From an uncultured Methanomassiliicoccales archaeon (lineage in GTDB: Archaea > Thermoplasmatota > Thermoplasmata > Methanomassiliicoccales > UBA472), in contig OY968769.1 in the NCBI GenBank assembly GCA_963695345.1, forward strand, positions 960,001 through 1,024,000: a DNA stretch of 64,000 nucleotides, read 5' to 3'. Shown here piece after piece: positions 52,313-62,846 of the stretch (position 1 is the stretch's first letter; each line of letters begins with the position of its first letter). A model generated the notes under the pieces. It was given only the letters and a program-made list of their open reading frames with translations. It was not told the origin of the DNA and did no database searches. Both the position numbers and the translations under genes were made by a program.

Positions 52313-53710
52313 ATGAAGAAAGAGGAAGACTTCAGCGAATGGTACAACGAGATTGTCGAGCTAGCCAACCTGACGGACAAGCGCTACCCGATCAAGGGAA
52401 TGAACGTCTGGACACCCTATGGCTGGAAGATCATGCGTCATATCGACACCTACATCCGGCAGGAGTGCGACGCCACCGACCACGGGGAGGTCAACTTCCC
52501 GCTCCTGATCCCGGAGACCGAGTTCCAGAAGGAGAAGGACCACATCAAGGGGTTCGACGCCGAGGTGTATTGGGTGACACACGCCGGCCTCAATGAGCTC
52601 GATATCCGGTTGTGCCTGAGGCCAACATCGGAAACCGCCATGTACCCGATCTTCGCACTCTGGGTCAGATCGCACACCGACCTGCCGCTCAAGACCTACC
52701 AGCTGGTCAACACATTCCGTTATGAGACGAAGCAGACCAGGGCCTTCATCCGGGTCCGGGAGATCCACTTCTTCGAGTCGCACACGTGCCATGTGGACGA
52801 GGCCGACGCCCAGAAACAGGTGGAGGAGGACTTCGTCATACTGAAGAACATCATGGCCCAGCTCTGCCTCCCTTACTCGCTCCTGAAGAGGACCGACTGG
52901 GACAAGTTCCCGGGCGCCTACTATACCGTTGGCGTCGACACTCTTATGCCGGAGGGCAAGTCGCTGCAGCTGGGCTCGATCCACCACTACCGGGAGAACT
53001 TCTCCAGGCCGTTCGACATCAAGTACGAGGACATCAACGGTCAGATGCAGTACTGCCACCAGACCACCTTCGGGATGAGCGAGCGCCTGGTCGGTGCGGT
53101 CGTGGGCGTCCACGGGGACGACAAGGGACTGATCCTGCCTCCGGCGGTGGCGCCTTTCCAGGTCGTCATCATACCGATCCTGGCGAAGGGTAACGTGGAG
53201 GCCGTCGCGGTCGAGGCCAGGAAGCTGGCCGATGAACTCATCGCCGCCGGGATACGGGTCAAGCTGGACGATTCGAACGACCGCCCGGGAAGCAAGTTCT
53301 ATAACTGGGAGATCAAAGGCGTCCCGTTCCGCCTGGAGCTGGGCATGAGGGACATCGAAGGAGGAAAGGTCGCATACGCCAAGCGCAACGACGGCAAGAA
53401 AGGCTCGTTCACCCGCGCCACCTGCGTCCAGGAGGTCAAGGCCATGCTCGACACCATAATGACCGAGATGCTGGAAACGGCCAGGAAGAGGATGACCGAA
53501 TCCTATGTCACGATCACCTCGTTGGACAATATCCCAGGTAAGACGCTAAGGTTCGGATGGTGCGGCGATGCCGCATGCGGGCACACCCTGGAGCAGAAGA
53601 CCGAGCTCAAGCTCCTGGGAACACCGTACATCCACGAGGAATTCCAGGGGAAGTGCATCGTCTGCGGCAAGGACACGGACAAGGTCGCATACGCCTCAAA
53701 AGCGATGTAA
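52313..53710 (+). CDS. proS: Proline--tRNA ligase (archaeal type)
   Basis: FSEWY, RPTSET, FRYE, FIRVREI.FFE, FG.SERL. Confidence 0.96.
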   Translation: MKKEEDFSEWYNEIVELANLTDKRYPIKGMNVWTPYGWKIMRHIDTYIRQECDATDHGEVNFPLLIPETEFQKEKDHIKGFDAEVYWVTHAGLNELDIRLCLRPTSETAMYPIFALWVRSHTDLPLKTYQLVNTFRYETKQTRAFIRVREIHFFESHTCHVDEADAQKQVEEDFVILKNIMAQLCLPYSLLKRTDWDKFPGAYYTVGVDTLMPEGKSLQLGSIHHYRENFSRPFDIKYEDINGQMQYCHQTTFGMSERLVGAVVGVHGDDKGLILPPAVAPFQVVIIPILAKGNVEAVAVEARKLADELIAAGIRVKLDDSNDRPGSKFYNWEIKGVPFRLELGMRDIEGGKVAYAKRNDGKKGSFTRATCVQEVKAMLDTIMTEMLETARKRMTESYVTITSLDNIPGKTLRFGWCGDAACGHTLEQKTELKLLGTPYIHEEFQGKCIVCGKDTDKVAYASKAM

Positions 53711-53807
53711 AACCCTTCCAACCCTCTTTTCTTTTCTTGAAATGTGATGAGGCCGTTTAGGGCGACAGCTGAATGATAGAAACAACAAACATCTTATCTG
53801 CGGGTCT

Positions 53808-54029
53808 TCAGTCCTTTTTGGTCCTGGCGAACAGGATACCGAAGACGCCGAAGAGAACCATCACGATCACCAGGGAATACAATCCGATGAACTTCGGTTC
53901 AAAGAAGTTCCATCCGTTGAACCCGATACCCCAGGCGACATAAAGCGCAATTCCGCTGATGAGCAAGAGGACTGAAATGCCCATTATTATTCTCTTGGGG
54001 AAGGCGTTCTCTTCCATCAAGAGCGCCAA
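53808..54029 (-). CDS. Small 2-TM membrane protein
   Basis: Two hydrophobic helices and a basic tail. Confidence 0.65.
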   Translation of the reverse strand: MALLMEENAFPKRIIMGISVLLLISGIALYVAWGIGFNGWNFFEPKFIGLYSLVIVMVLFGVFGILFARTKKD

Positions 54030-54138
54030 AATGCGGTCAGCCTATTAATAGATTGGGCTACGCCCCCTGGATGCTGGAGATGGTCAGTCGTCGACAGCTG
54101 ACGCTATGCTGATGAAGAAAGAAAAAGGGAAAAGTGGC

Positions 54139-54633
54139 CTACGCGGTGAACCACTGTTTGACGTTGGGCCGATACAGGTACCACACGATGATCAGGGGTA
54201 TGATTATGGATATCGCTACGGATACCAAGCTGGTGCCCCCAATGATTCCGATCACGTTCCCTATGATGGATAGGACCAGGAAGATGATGGCCAGGACCCT
54301 AGCCCAGTTCTTACCCTTTAGGAACGCCCACGCCAGAACAAATGAGATTATGGCCATGACCAGGAAGAACACGCCCAATACCCCGAAGAACGCAGGAGCA
54401 TTGTTGATGATCCAATCAGGCACCTCAGTGCCTATTCTGTCCCTAATTTCGGTAACGTTGATCAAGGCGGCAATGGCAAAGAACCCTAAAGCCAGGACCA
54501 ATTGGAACAAGCCTCCCAGTATCTCAAGGATGGCCAGTATGGTTACTCCTACAGGCCTATTCCTCACCGGTTGTTGGTATGGTTGGTACATGGGAGCGGT
54601 CGCAGGCGCCGGATACGGTTGATTTGCAGTCAT
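54139..54633 (-). CDS. Hypothetical 4-TM membrane protein
   Basis: RP.GVTILAIL...GK.WAR...YLYRPNVK.WF, a pattern common in archaea. Confidence 0.75.
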   Translation of the reverse strand: MTANQPYPAPATAPMYQPYQQPVRNRPVGVTILAILEILGGLFQLVLALGFFAIAALINVTEIRDRIGTEVPDWIINNAPAFFGVLGVFFLVMAIISFVLAWAFLKGKNWARVLAIIFLVLSIIGNVIGIIGGTSLVSVAISIIIPLIIVWYLYRPNVKQWFTA

Positions 54634-54742
54634 GGGTATCGATTTGCATCCCCCTTCTATTTGGTAATTTTCCAGCCCATGGAAATCACCATTTTGGAAT
54701 CGAGACCGCCTTTCTTTACCGCCGGACTTCCAGGGAGGCTGC

Positions 54743-55774
54743 TCAGCGTCGTTTGCCCGGCAGTATGCTTCCAACCATGGCGATCATGGGGCCCACGATC
54801 AGACCTGCCCAGACGAAGAGACCGACGAGGCCGAAAACGAACAGTTCGATCCTTTTCCGTCGCGTAAGGATCTCCGGGCCAATGGCGATCCTGATCATGA
54901 ACCAGCCCAACAATAGCGGGACGATGATGAATATCATGGTCAACATCACCTCGGCGGCCAATCCTGTCTCTGAGATCGATATCAGCGTCTGGACGATCGT
55001 GTTGGAGGCCGTGCCTAGAAATAACAGCCCAGAAACCAGAGCGAAGATCTGGACGCCCTCCATTCGGTTAAGCTCCTTCCTTTTCCAAAGATATAGCCCG
55101 AGCAGTCCGACCAGGAACACGGCAACGATCGGGGCGAACACCTGGGCCAGTGATTGACCTTCCCATTGATAGACTTCTAGAAGACTGAAGGGAATTGTGA
55201 TGAACTCGGTCAGCGTGAACGATTCGATGAAGCCGACCGCAAGCCCGTAATCGCCATGAACTTGGGGAAGATCGATATCCTGGTAGACGACCACATAATA
55301 TCGACCTTCGGCGACGACCGGTTCATCGAACGTCGCCAGGTTCATGAACGTCCCGGGGGAGAACGGCTCATAGGTCGCACGGCTCGGAAAGGTACCATTT
55401 AACGTAAGCCATCCGTAGCCCGTCGGTATCTCCACGGAGGCGGGGAGGGTGCCGGTCTTATCCATGGAAGGCCCCAGAATAGCCATGTCTGGCCGGAACT
55501 CGGACCCCCTCTCGTGGGTCGGCACGATCAGATTGAGATAGAGCCGGTCACCCGCCTTCAGGTCGAGCGCGTAGTACTGATCGGTCCCTTCTTCCAGATG
55601 GCTGTATATCGCCCAGGACTTGGAGGGGTTCTCGACATGGGTGGCATTTTCCAAGCTGCTGTTGTCACCGGGAAAGGAAGGCGAGTGCGCGGACACCGAC
55701 ATGGAAAACATAGGCAGGGAAAATACCGCTAGGATCAGCAGGACTCTAACGAATACCGCTTTGCTCATGCCCAA
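54743..55774 (-). CDS. Hypothetical protein: signal peptide, extracellular beta domain, ~4 TM
   Basis: VSA-HSP cleavage site, YEPF.P, GDYGLAVG..E.F, C-terminal TM bundle. Confidence 0.75.
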   Translation of the reverse strand: MGMSKAVFVRVLLILAVFSLPMFSMSVSAHSPSFPGDNSSLENATHVENPSKSWAIYSHLEEGTDQYYALDLKAGDRLYLNLIVPTHERGSEFRPDMAILGPSMDKTGTLPASVEIPTGYGWLTLNGTFPSRATYEPFSPGTFMNLATFDEPVVAEGRYYVVVYQDIDLPQVHGDYGLAVGFIESFTLTEFITIPFSLLEVYQWEGQSLAQVFAPIVAVFLVGLLGLYLWKRKELNRMEGVQIFALVSGLLFLGTASNTIVQTLISISETGLAAEVMLTMIFIIVPLLLGWFMIRIAIGPEILTRRKRIELFVFGLVGLFVWAGLIVGPMIAMVGSILPGKRR

Positions 55775-55859
55775 TTAATTCGAGCGAGGGGTTCATCATT
55801 GTTTCGAAAAATGACAAAGATTACGATGTTAGATTTTTTGGAATCTATATTAAAATAAG

Positions 55860-56336
55860 ATGAAAGTGTATACATATCGGGGCCTAATGGAGATGAACAT
55901 CGAAATCGTTTTGGAGATATTGCTGGTCTGGTTTATCATAGGGATTGTGATCGGCGGTTGGATATCGATCGACACCTTTAGGAGAAAGGTCGAGGGGGCC
56001 AGGTGGGTCGCCGCCGGGGTTTTCCTAACAGTTATCGGGTTGGCGTTGTACATCTACATGCGCAAGAAGGCGATGGCGGTCAAGTCACCGGTGTTCCGTC
56101 CCGCTCCGGAATTTCATTATCCGGAAAAGACCGCGTCCGATGTGCCATCCGAACCTGCTACCCAGACCCCGATGGAACCGGCAATAACACCAGTGGGATG
56201 TTCGCCGTATGAGTCTTGGGCGCCGGTGATAAAGGACCAGATCGAGGGCCCCCCGCGCTGTCCTAAATGCGGATCAGCGGCGAGGACCATCGACGAGTTC
56301 TGCTCGGAATGCGGCGCCAGGTTGAAGGGACAGTAA
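55860..56336 (+). CDS. Membrane protein with C-terminal zinc ribbon
   Basis: Two N-terminal TM helices, Pro-rich linker, CPKCG...FCSECG. Start may be 55887 or 55893. Confidence 0.75.
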   Translation: MKVYTYRGLMEMNIEIVLEILLVWFIIGIVIGGWISIDTFRRKVEGARWVAAGVFLTVIGLALYIYMRKKAMAVKSPVFRPAPEFHYPEKTASDVPSEPATQTPMEPAITPVGCSPYESWAPVIKDQIEGPPRCPKCGSAARTIDEFCSECGARLKGQ

Positions 56337-56369
56337 TCCTTTTTATCTGGACAGCTTAATCAGCGTACG

Positions 56370-57140
56370 ATGAAGGAAGGGCAGCTGGTCTACCTCTTGG
56401 ACGATAGGGGCCGAAAATACTGGACGAATGTCCGCCCGGAGATGCTGAAGATCCAGGGCCTGGGCGTGCTGGACGGCAGCAAGCTCCTGTCGCTCGAATC
56501 CGGCTCCAAGATCTCCTTCGCGGGGATCGAATTCTATGTGCTTGTCCCAGGCAACCCTGAGCTCATGGAATCGGTGGACCGCAGCGCCCAGGTCATCATC
56601 GCCAAGGATGCGGCGACCATCCTTTTCAATCTGGATGTCAAGAGCGGCGATACCGTTCTGGAGGCTGGACTGGGCTCAGCATCGCTTACCATGCCGCTGC
56701 TCAATGTCGTCAGACCGGCCGGGAAGGTCATCTCCGTTGAGCTTCGCGAGGACTTCGCGACCAAGGGGCGCAAGAACGTGGCGCGAGCCGGATTCCAGGA
56801 CAACTGGAGGCTGATGATCGGGGATGTAAGGAACATCGATGTCGGAGAGACGGTGGACTCGGTCATCCTGGACATGCCGAATCCCTGGGAAGCGGTGGAT
56901 AATGTTAAGCGATTCCTGAAGCCAGGGGGTAGATTCTGTGGATATGTCCCGAACACCAACCAATTGGAATCGACGGTGAGGAAGTTGCGCTCCTCCGGCT
57001 TCATCGAGGTCGTGGCGTTGGAGAACATCCAGCGGACCATGGAAGTACATGAGGGCGGAGTGAGGCCCTCGTTCGACATGCTGGGGCACACGGGATACCT
57101 GGTGTTCGGAAGACTGGCACCAGGCGGTCCAAAGGAATGA
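56370..57140 (+). CDS. trmI: tRNA (adenine-N1)-methyltransferase TrmI
   Basis: R.AQ.I..KD, VLEAG.GS, LDMP.PW, RP...M.GHTGYL. Confidence 0.92.
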   Translation: MKEGQLVYLLDDRGRKYWTNVRPEMLKIQGLGVLDGSKLLSLESGSKISFAGIEFYVLVPGNPELMESVDRSAQVIIAKDAATILFNLDVKSGDTVLEAGLGSASLTMPLLNVVRPAGKVISVELREDFATKGRKNVARAGFQDNWRLMIGDVRNIDVGETVDSVILDMPNPWEAVDNVKRFLKPGGRFCGYVPNTNQLESTVRKLRSSGFIEVVALENIQRTMEVHEGGVRPSFDMLGHTGYLVFGRLAPGGPKE

Positions 57141-57163
57141 GAAATTGACGATCATAAAGGAGG

Positions 57164-57790
57164 GTGAAGATGACCGCCATCCCCGCCGATAGGCCAGAAC
57201 CGATCCCTCTGGAACTGGGGACCGTTGAGGAATGGAGAGAGTGGTTAAGCCGTAACCATCTCTCCTCGGAGGAAACCTGGCTGGTCCTGAGGAAGGGGAG
57301 GAAGAGCGGCACGGACCTGACCATGAGCAATGCCGTCGATGAGGCCATCTGCCATGGCTGGATCGACAGCAGGACCAAACGACTGGACGATAAACGGTAT
57401 CTGATCAGGTTCACTCCCAGGAAGAAAGTGACGAATTGGTCGGAACGGAACCTGGGCCGCGCCAGGGCGCTGATGGACAGCGGAAGGATGACGGCTGCCG
57501 GGATTTCCAAATTGCCGGCGGGCTTTCGGGAACAGGCGGGTAAGGACAACGAACGAGGGGATCCAATGGCGGGACGTTCACCGGACCTGGAGGCCACCCT
57601 GAGAAGAGACCCACAGCTCTGGAGGATCTATTCGGACCTGCCCCCGGGAAGGATGAGGGAGTTCAATCGCTGGGTCCTCCAGGCCAAACGGGACGATACC
57701 AGACAGAAGCGGATCCAGAGGACCGCCGAGCTCATCTGCATGGGGAGATCGTTGACCGAGGATATGATGGGCAGATATGCCAAGAGATGA
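57164..57790 (+). CDS. YdeI/OmpD-associated family protein
   Basis: WR.WL..NH, AV.EAIC.GWIDS, FTPR....WS..N, AKR..TR.KR. Confidence 0.88.
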   Translation: MKMTAIPADRPEPIPLELGTVEEWREWLSRNHLSSEETWLVLRKGRKSGTDLTMSNAVDEAICHGWIDSRTKRLDDKRYLIRFTPRKKVTNWSERNLGRARALMDSGRMTAAGISKLPAGFREQAGKDNERGDPMAGRSPDLEATLRRDPQLWRIYSDLPPGRMREFNRWVLQAKRDDTRQKRIQRTAELICMGRSLTEDMMGRYAKR

Positions 57791-57864
57791 ACGAGCATTA
57801 CTTTTTCCGTTCGGCCAGACCTATGGGGCAAAGCATATAACGGCCCGGCACTTTGCATAGGACG

Positions 57865-58518
57865 ATGAGCTTCGAATTTGCCATCACCGTTTTCGCCGCG
57901 ATATTCGCCATCGTGAACCCCATAGGCAACATCCCGGTATTCGTTGCCATCACCCAGGACTACTCGCTTGAACAGAAGAGACGGGTCATAAGGAAGGCGT
58001 GCATCGTCGCCGGGGGTGTCCTTCTGGCCTTCGGCATCTTCGGCAACTACATCTTTGCGATCTACGGGATTACGATCCCGGCCTTCAAGATCGCCGGAGG
58101 GATCCTGCTGTTCTCCATCGCCTTCAACATGACCCGCGGCTCGGTGGGCCGGGCCAAGATCACCGGGGAGGAGCACGAGGAAGCGCTGGAGAAGGAAGAG
58201 GTCGGAGTGGTCCCGCTCGGGATCCCGCTATTCGCGGGTCCAGGCGCCATCACCACGGTCATGATCTACATCTCCTTCGCAGCCACCTCGAACGATGTGG
58301 TGTTCGACCTGTCGGCGATATTCCTTTCGATCGTCATCACCATCATCGCCAGCTATTTCCTGCTCCGTTACGCGGAGCCGATCTTCTCCCGCATGGGTAA
58401 GAGCGGCGCCGGAGCGTTCACCAGGATCATGGGCCTGCTGCTGGCGGCGATCGCGGTGGAGTTCGTCATCACCGGCACCTTCAGCGCCATCGACTCGTAC
58501 TACCACATCGTCCACTAG
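57865..58518 (+). CDS. MarC-family membrane protein
   Basis: IVNPIGN.P.F, F.IAGGILL, PLGIPL.AGPG, RIMGLLL. Confidence 0.92.
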   Translation: MSFEFAITVFAAIFAIVNPIGNIPVFVAITQDYSLEQKRRVIRKACIVAGGVLLAFGIFGNYIFAIYGITIPAFKIAGGILLFSIAFNMTRGSVGRAKITGEEHEEALEKEEVGVVPLGIPLFAGPGAITTVMIYISFAATSNDVVFDLSAIFLSIVITIIASYFLLRYAEPIFSRMGKSGAGAFTRIMGLLLAAIAVEFVITGTFSAIDSYYHIVH

Positions 58519-58576
58519 ACAACGTGGCAGGGAGAAGATTATTAACCGGCAGTCGATACGAGAATCCGGTGCGTCA

Positions 58577-58819
58577 ATGGTCGTGGCAGAGATCCGGATA
58601 GAGCTCAAGCAGGGAGTGGCCGACCCCGAGGGCCAGAACACCAGGAAAGCGCTCGAACTGCTCGGTTTCAAGGGTATCAAGGGAGTACGTTCGATCAAGA
58701 TCTTCGAGGTCGAACTGGACCTGCCGGCCGATGAGGCGCAGAAGCAGGCCGAGGAGATGTGCCGCAAGCTCCTGGCCAACCCGGTCATCCAGAAATTCAA
58801 AGTCGAGATCAAGCAGTGA
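58577..58819 (+). CDS. purS: FGAM synthase subunit PurS
   Basis: LK.GV.DPEG, LLANPVI. Confidence 0.93.
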   Translation: MVVAEIRIELKQGVADPEGQNTRKALELLGFKGIKGVRSIKIFEVELDLPADEAQKQAEEMCRKLLANPVIQKFKVEIKQ

Positions 58820-58824
58820 GAACA

Positions 58825-61153
58825 ATGGCGATCGACCAGTTGCTGAAAAAGCGGGCGGTGCCGTTCGAGCTCTTCGACGTGGACATCTTCTCCGCCACCG
58901 ACGAGCAGCTCAAGGAACTGAGCACCAAGCTGGGGCTTAACCTGTCCGTGGATGAGATGAAGCGCGTCCGGGAGTATTTCCAGAACCGCGGAAGCATTCC
59001 TACCGACGTCGAGATCCAGTCCATCGCCCAGGCGTGGAGCGAGCACTGCTGTTACAAGAGTTCCAAGGTGTTCCTGCGGGAGCACATCTTCAACATCAAG
59101 CATCCAGACATCCTTTCCAAGGGCGACGCCGGGGTCATGGTGTTCGATGACGAGTACGGATACGCGCTGCGCATCGAATCGCACAACCACCCATCGGCCA
59201 TCGAACCGTACGGCGGCGCGGCCACCGGCATCGGCGGCATCGTCCGGGACGTCCTGTGCATGGGGGCCCAGCCGATCGCGCTGATCGACCCGCTGTTCTT
59301 CGGACCGATCGATTACAAGGGGGAGATGCCGGCCGGGTCCAAGTCACCGAAGTACCTGGTGGGCGGAGTGGTCGCCGGGATACGTGACTACGGCAACCGC
59401 ATCGGCATACCCTGCGTCTGCGGCGGGCTGTACTTTGACGAATCGTACGTGGGCAATTGCCTGGTCAATGTCGGATGCGTCGGCATCGTGAAGCGAAAGG
59501 ACCTGGTCAACAACGCCGTGAAGGGCACGGAGGACGTGCTCATCCTCGTCGGCGGCAAGACCGGCAGGGATGGGATCCATGGCGTCACCTTCGCCTCGGC
59601 GGAGCTCAAATCGACCTCCGAGGAGGAATCGAGGGGCGCGGTCCAGCTGGGCGACCCGATCACCAAGGAACCGCTCATTCACGCCTGTCTCGAGGTCAAC
59701 TCGAAAGGGCTCATCCACGGGATGAAGGACCTGGGCGGCGGCGGCCTCTCGTGCGTCGTGGGGGAGATGGCCCTGTCCGGGGGATGCGGCGCGGTCGTCG
59801 ATCTGGAACAGGTACCGCTCAAGGAGGCAGGGCGTGGCGCCGTGGGAGATGTGGGTCTCGGAATCGCAGGAAAGGATGATGCTGGCGGCGCCCGAGGAGA
59901 ACGTCCAGGACATCCTGGACATATTCGCCCTGTGGGACGTCAACGCCTCGGTCATCGGCCGGGTGGTGGAAGGCAACCACGTCAAACTCATCTATCATGG
60001 CGTGCAGGTCTTCGACATCGACCTGGAGTTCCTGACCAAGGGGCCGGAGTACTGCCGGCCCAGCAAGGTCTGCTCACCTTCCGCCGTGGTGCATTCCGTT
60101 CCCAAAGTGCCCGAGGACATGAACGATGTCCTGATGGCGCTGCTTTCCGAACCGAACATTGCCTCCAAGGAATGGGTCGTTAGGATGTACGACCATGAGG
60201 TCCGCGGCAACACCATCGTCAAGCCCATGCAGGGCAAGATGAACAAACGCGGACCGTCGGACGCAACCGTCCTCAAACCGCTGGAACACTCGTACCGGGG
60301 CCTGTCGCTGGCGATCGGGGTCAACCCCTGGTTCACTTCGCTGGACCCGTACAAGGGCGGGCAGGCATCGGTGGACGAGGCCTGCCGCAACATCGTGTCG
60401 GTCGGGGGAGTGCCCCATTCGCTCACCAACTGCCTGAACTTCGGGAACCCGGAGAAACCGGAAAGGCTGGGCGAACTGAAGGAGGCCGTCGCCGGCCTGG
60501 CGAACATCGCCATCGAACTGGGTCTGGCGGTCCCGTCCGGCAATGTCAGCCTGTACAACGAGACATCCAAGGGCCCTTGCCTCCCCACCGCCACGGTGCT
60601 CGGGCTGGGAATCGTCGAGGACGTCAGGAATGTCGTCACCACCGACCTGAAGCATGAGGGGAACCCGATCTTCCTGGTCGGCACGACCAAGGATGAGATG
60701 GGGGGATCGGCACTCTATCGCCGTTTCGGCGGAAAGGGCGGACTGGTCCCGAACGTCGACCCCAGACGGTTGAGGAGCTCGATCGGGCTGATGCACGACT
60801 GCATGAGGGACGGCATGGTCCGTTCCTGCCATGACCTTTCGGACGGCGGGTTCGCCGTGGCGATGGCGGAGATGTGCATAGCCGGCGACATCGGCGCCGA
60901 GATCGATGTCAGCTCCATGGGGGACATGCCTGACACGGTGCGTCTGTTCTCCGAGTCGAACACCCGCTGGATCGTGGAGATCGACAAGGGAAGGGAGAAG
61001 GAGTTCATCGACCACATGACCATCCCGATAGCGCGGCTCGGTCACGTGGGCGGCACGGAACTTAGGATCAAAGGCAAAGGCGCCCTGATATCGCGTTCGG
61101 TCGATTCGCTGAGGAAATGCTGGTCAGAGCCGTTGTGGAAGCTGTTGGGGTGA
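58825..61153 (+). CDS. purL: FGAM synthase subunit PurL (frameshift at ~59831)
   Basis: [52 protein letters not shown]; one extra G in GCAGGGCGTG. Confidence 0.95.
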
Positions 61154-61157
61154 TTAA

Positions 61158-61997
61158 ATGAAAGCGGAAGAGGTCAAGGTCTGCGTCATCAGGATCGAGG
61201 GCACGAACTGCGAGGACGAATGCGCCCAGGCGTTCAGCTCGGTCGGCGCCAGTGCCGAAAAGGTTCACCTCAAGCAGTTGCTGGGCCAATGCCCGGGGGC
61301 GATGAGGCGGGACCTGAACGACTACCATATCCTGGCCTTCCCGGGCGGTTTCTCTGCAGGCGACTATGTTCGGGCGGGGGCGATCTTCGCGGCGCGGATG
61401 AAGTCCGGGCTGTCCAAGGACCTGGTCAGGTTCATCGAGTCCGGAAAGCCGGTCATCGGCATATGCAACGGGTTCCAGATCCTGGTGGAGCTGGGAGCGC
61501 TCCCGGCATTGGACGGGGAGGCGCTATCAGAGCAGCCAGAGGCGGCGCTCTACACCAACTCATCGGGGCGCTTCGAGTGCATCCCGACACTGCTGAAGCA
61601 CGAGAACCGGGGCAAATGTGTGTTCACCACCGACGTCCCGAAGCATGAGGTCGTCATGTTCCCCAGCGCCCACGCCGAGGGCAAGCTCATGTTCCCCAGG
61701 GAAACGGAGGATGCCATCCTTGATCGGATGGAGCAGAACGACCAGATCGTCTTCAAGTATGTGGACGAGAAGGGCGACTACGCCGGATATCCCTGGTGTC
61801 CCAACGGGTCGGTCAGGAACATCGCCGGCATAAGCAACGTGCACGGGAACGTGTTCGGGCTGATGCCGCATCCGGAAAGGGTGTTCGACCGTCTGACCCA
61901 CCCGGACTGGACCAGGACCGGGGACAACCCGGTGGCGTCCGGTGACGGGCGCGTGGTGTTCGAATCGGCGCTAAAGAACGTGCTGAAAAGGAACTGA
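61158..61997 (+). CDS. purQ: FGAM synthase subunit PurQ
   Basis: GTNC, PGGFS.GDY, GICNGFQ, AHAEG, MPHPER. Confidence 0.96.
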   Translation: MKAEEVKVCVIRIEGTNCEDECAQAFSSVGASAEKVHLKQLLGQCPGAMRRDLNDYHILAFPGGFSAGDYVRAGAIFAARMKSGLSKDLVRFIESGKPVIGICNGFQILVELGALPALDGEALSEQPEAALYTNSSGRFECIPTLLKHENRGKCVFTTDVPKHEVVMFPSAHAEGKLMFPRETEDAILDRMEQNDQIVFKYVDEKGDYAGYPWCPNGSVRNIAGISNVHGNVFGLMPHPERVFDRLTHPDWTRTGDNPVASGDGRVVFESALKNVLKRN

Positions 61998-62001
61998 ACG
62001 C

Positions 62002-62683
62002 TCAGATAAGCGATACTCTGACCTCGATCGGGTTGTTGTCATTGAGCCCGAGCGTGCGGCGCAGATGGTACTTGCACAGGATCTCCAGCACGTCGCTGTA
62101 GTGGGACCGGGACGGGATGACCACGGCGCACTCGATGTTCTGGATGGTGGCCAGATGGCACTGGACATCCCCGAACGTACGGCCGTTCCTTTCGAATCCC
62201 TTCACGATGAGGGCCTTGGTCTGCCTCAGGGTGTCCACCTTGTGCACCTCCGACGGGTTGACCTTGACGTTCAGGGTTCCCTCGTAGGGCGTGAAACCCA
62301 GCTTCTCGGTGAACTGCTCTATGATAGCCTGGCTGGGTCACGTAGTACTGGCCCTCTCCCATTCCGGTGATGACCGTTCCCTTGATGACCAGCTCGTCCT
62401 TCATCTCGAATATCCGCTGGTACTCGGTGTATTCCCTGCGCAGCATGTCGATGCCTTTGTCGGTCAACCGGATGCGCTGTCTGCGGGCCCCCAGGTCGCG
62501 GCTGATGAACCCCCCGTCCAGGAGTTCCAGTATCCGCTTGGACGCCGATTGCTGGCTCATGTCCAGCATCTCGCCCAGTTCTCGTGAAGATATCGCCACG
62601 TAATCATGCATTCCACCCATAAGGGCGATCCGCCTGAGAGCGAGTATGAACTTTTCGTCCGTCTCTTCTTCCACCATTACCAC
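62002..62683 (-). CDS. ribK: CTP-dependent riboflavin kinase with N-terminal wHTH regulator (frameshift at ~62323)
   Basis: SQQSAS.R HTH; G.VITG.GEG.YY; after the shift, LGF.PY.GTLN, RTFG, P.RSHY, LR..L.L. Confidence 0.9.
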
Positions 62684-62846
62684 TCCAGATATGACGCCGA
62701 TCGGGCCGGCGTGAATTGGACGACCACCAATAAAATGTGTAGCTAATCAATCTTGTTGTTCACAGATTGATAAATGAGAATGAGGCTGACGATTGTTCGA
62801 GGGCATATTTTATTAGCTGGGGCATAATCGTGTGCCTAGTGAGAGC

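Noticed and set aside
53744-53800. GTGATGA...CTGA downstream of proS (similar at ~22415-22480)
   Set aside because: No convincing C'/D pair, atypical spacing and no recognisable rRNA/tRNA complement.
59821-59840. Programmed frameshifting in purL, polX, ribK or others
   Set aside because: No slippery heptamers or shared signal; scattered indels fit sequencing error better.
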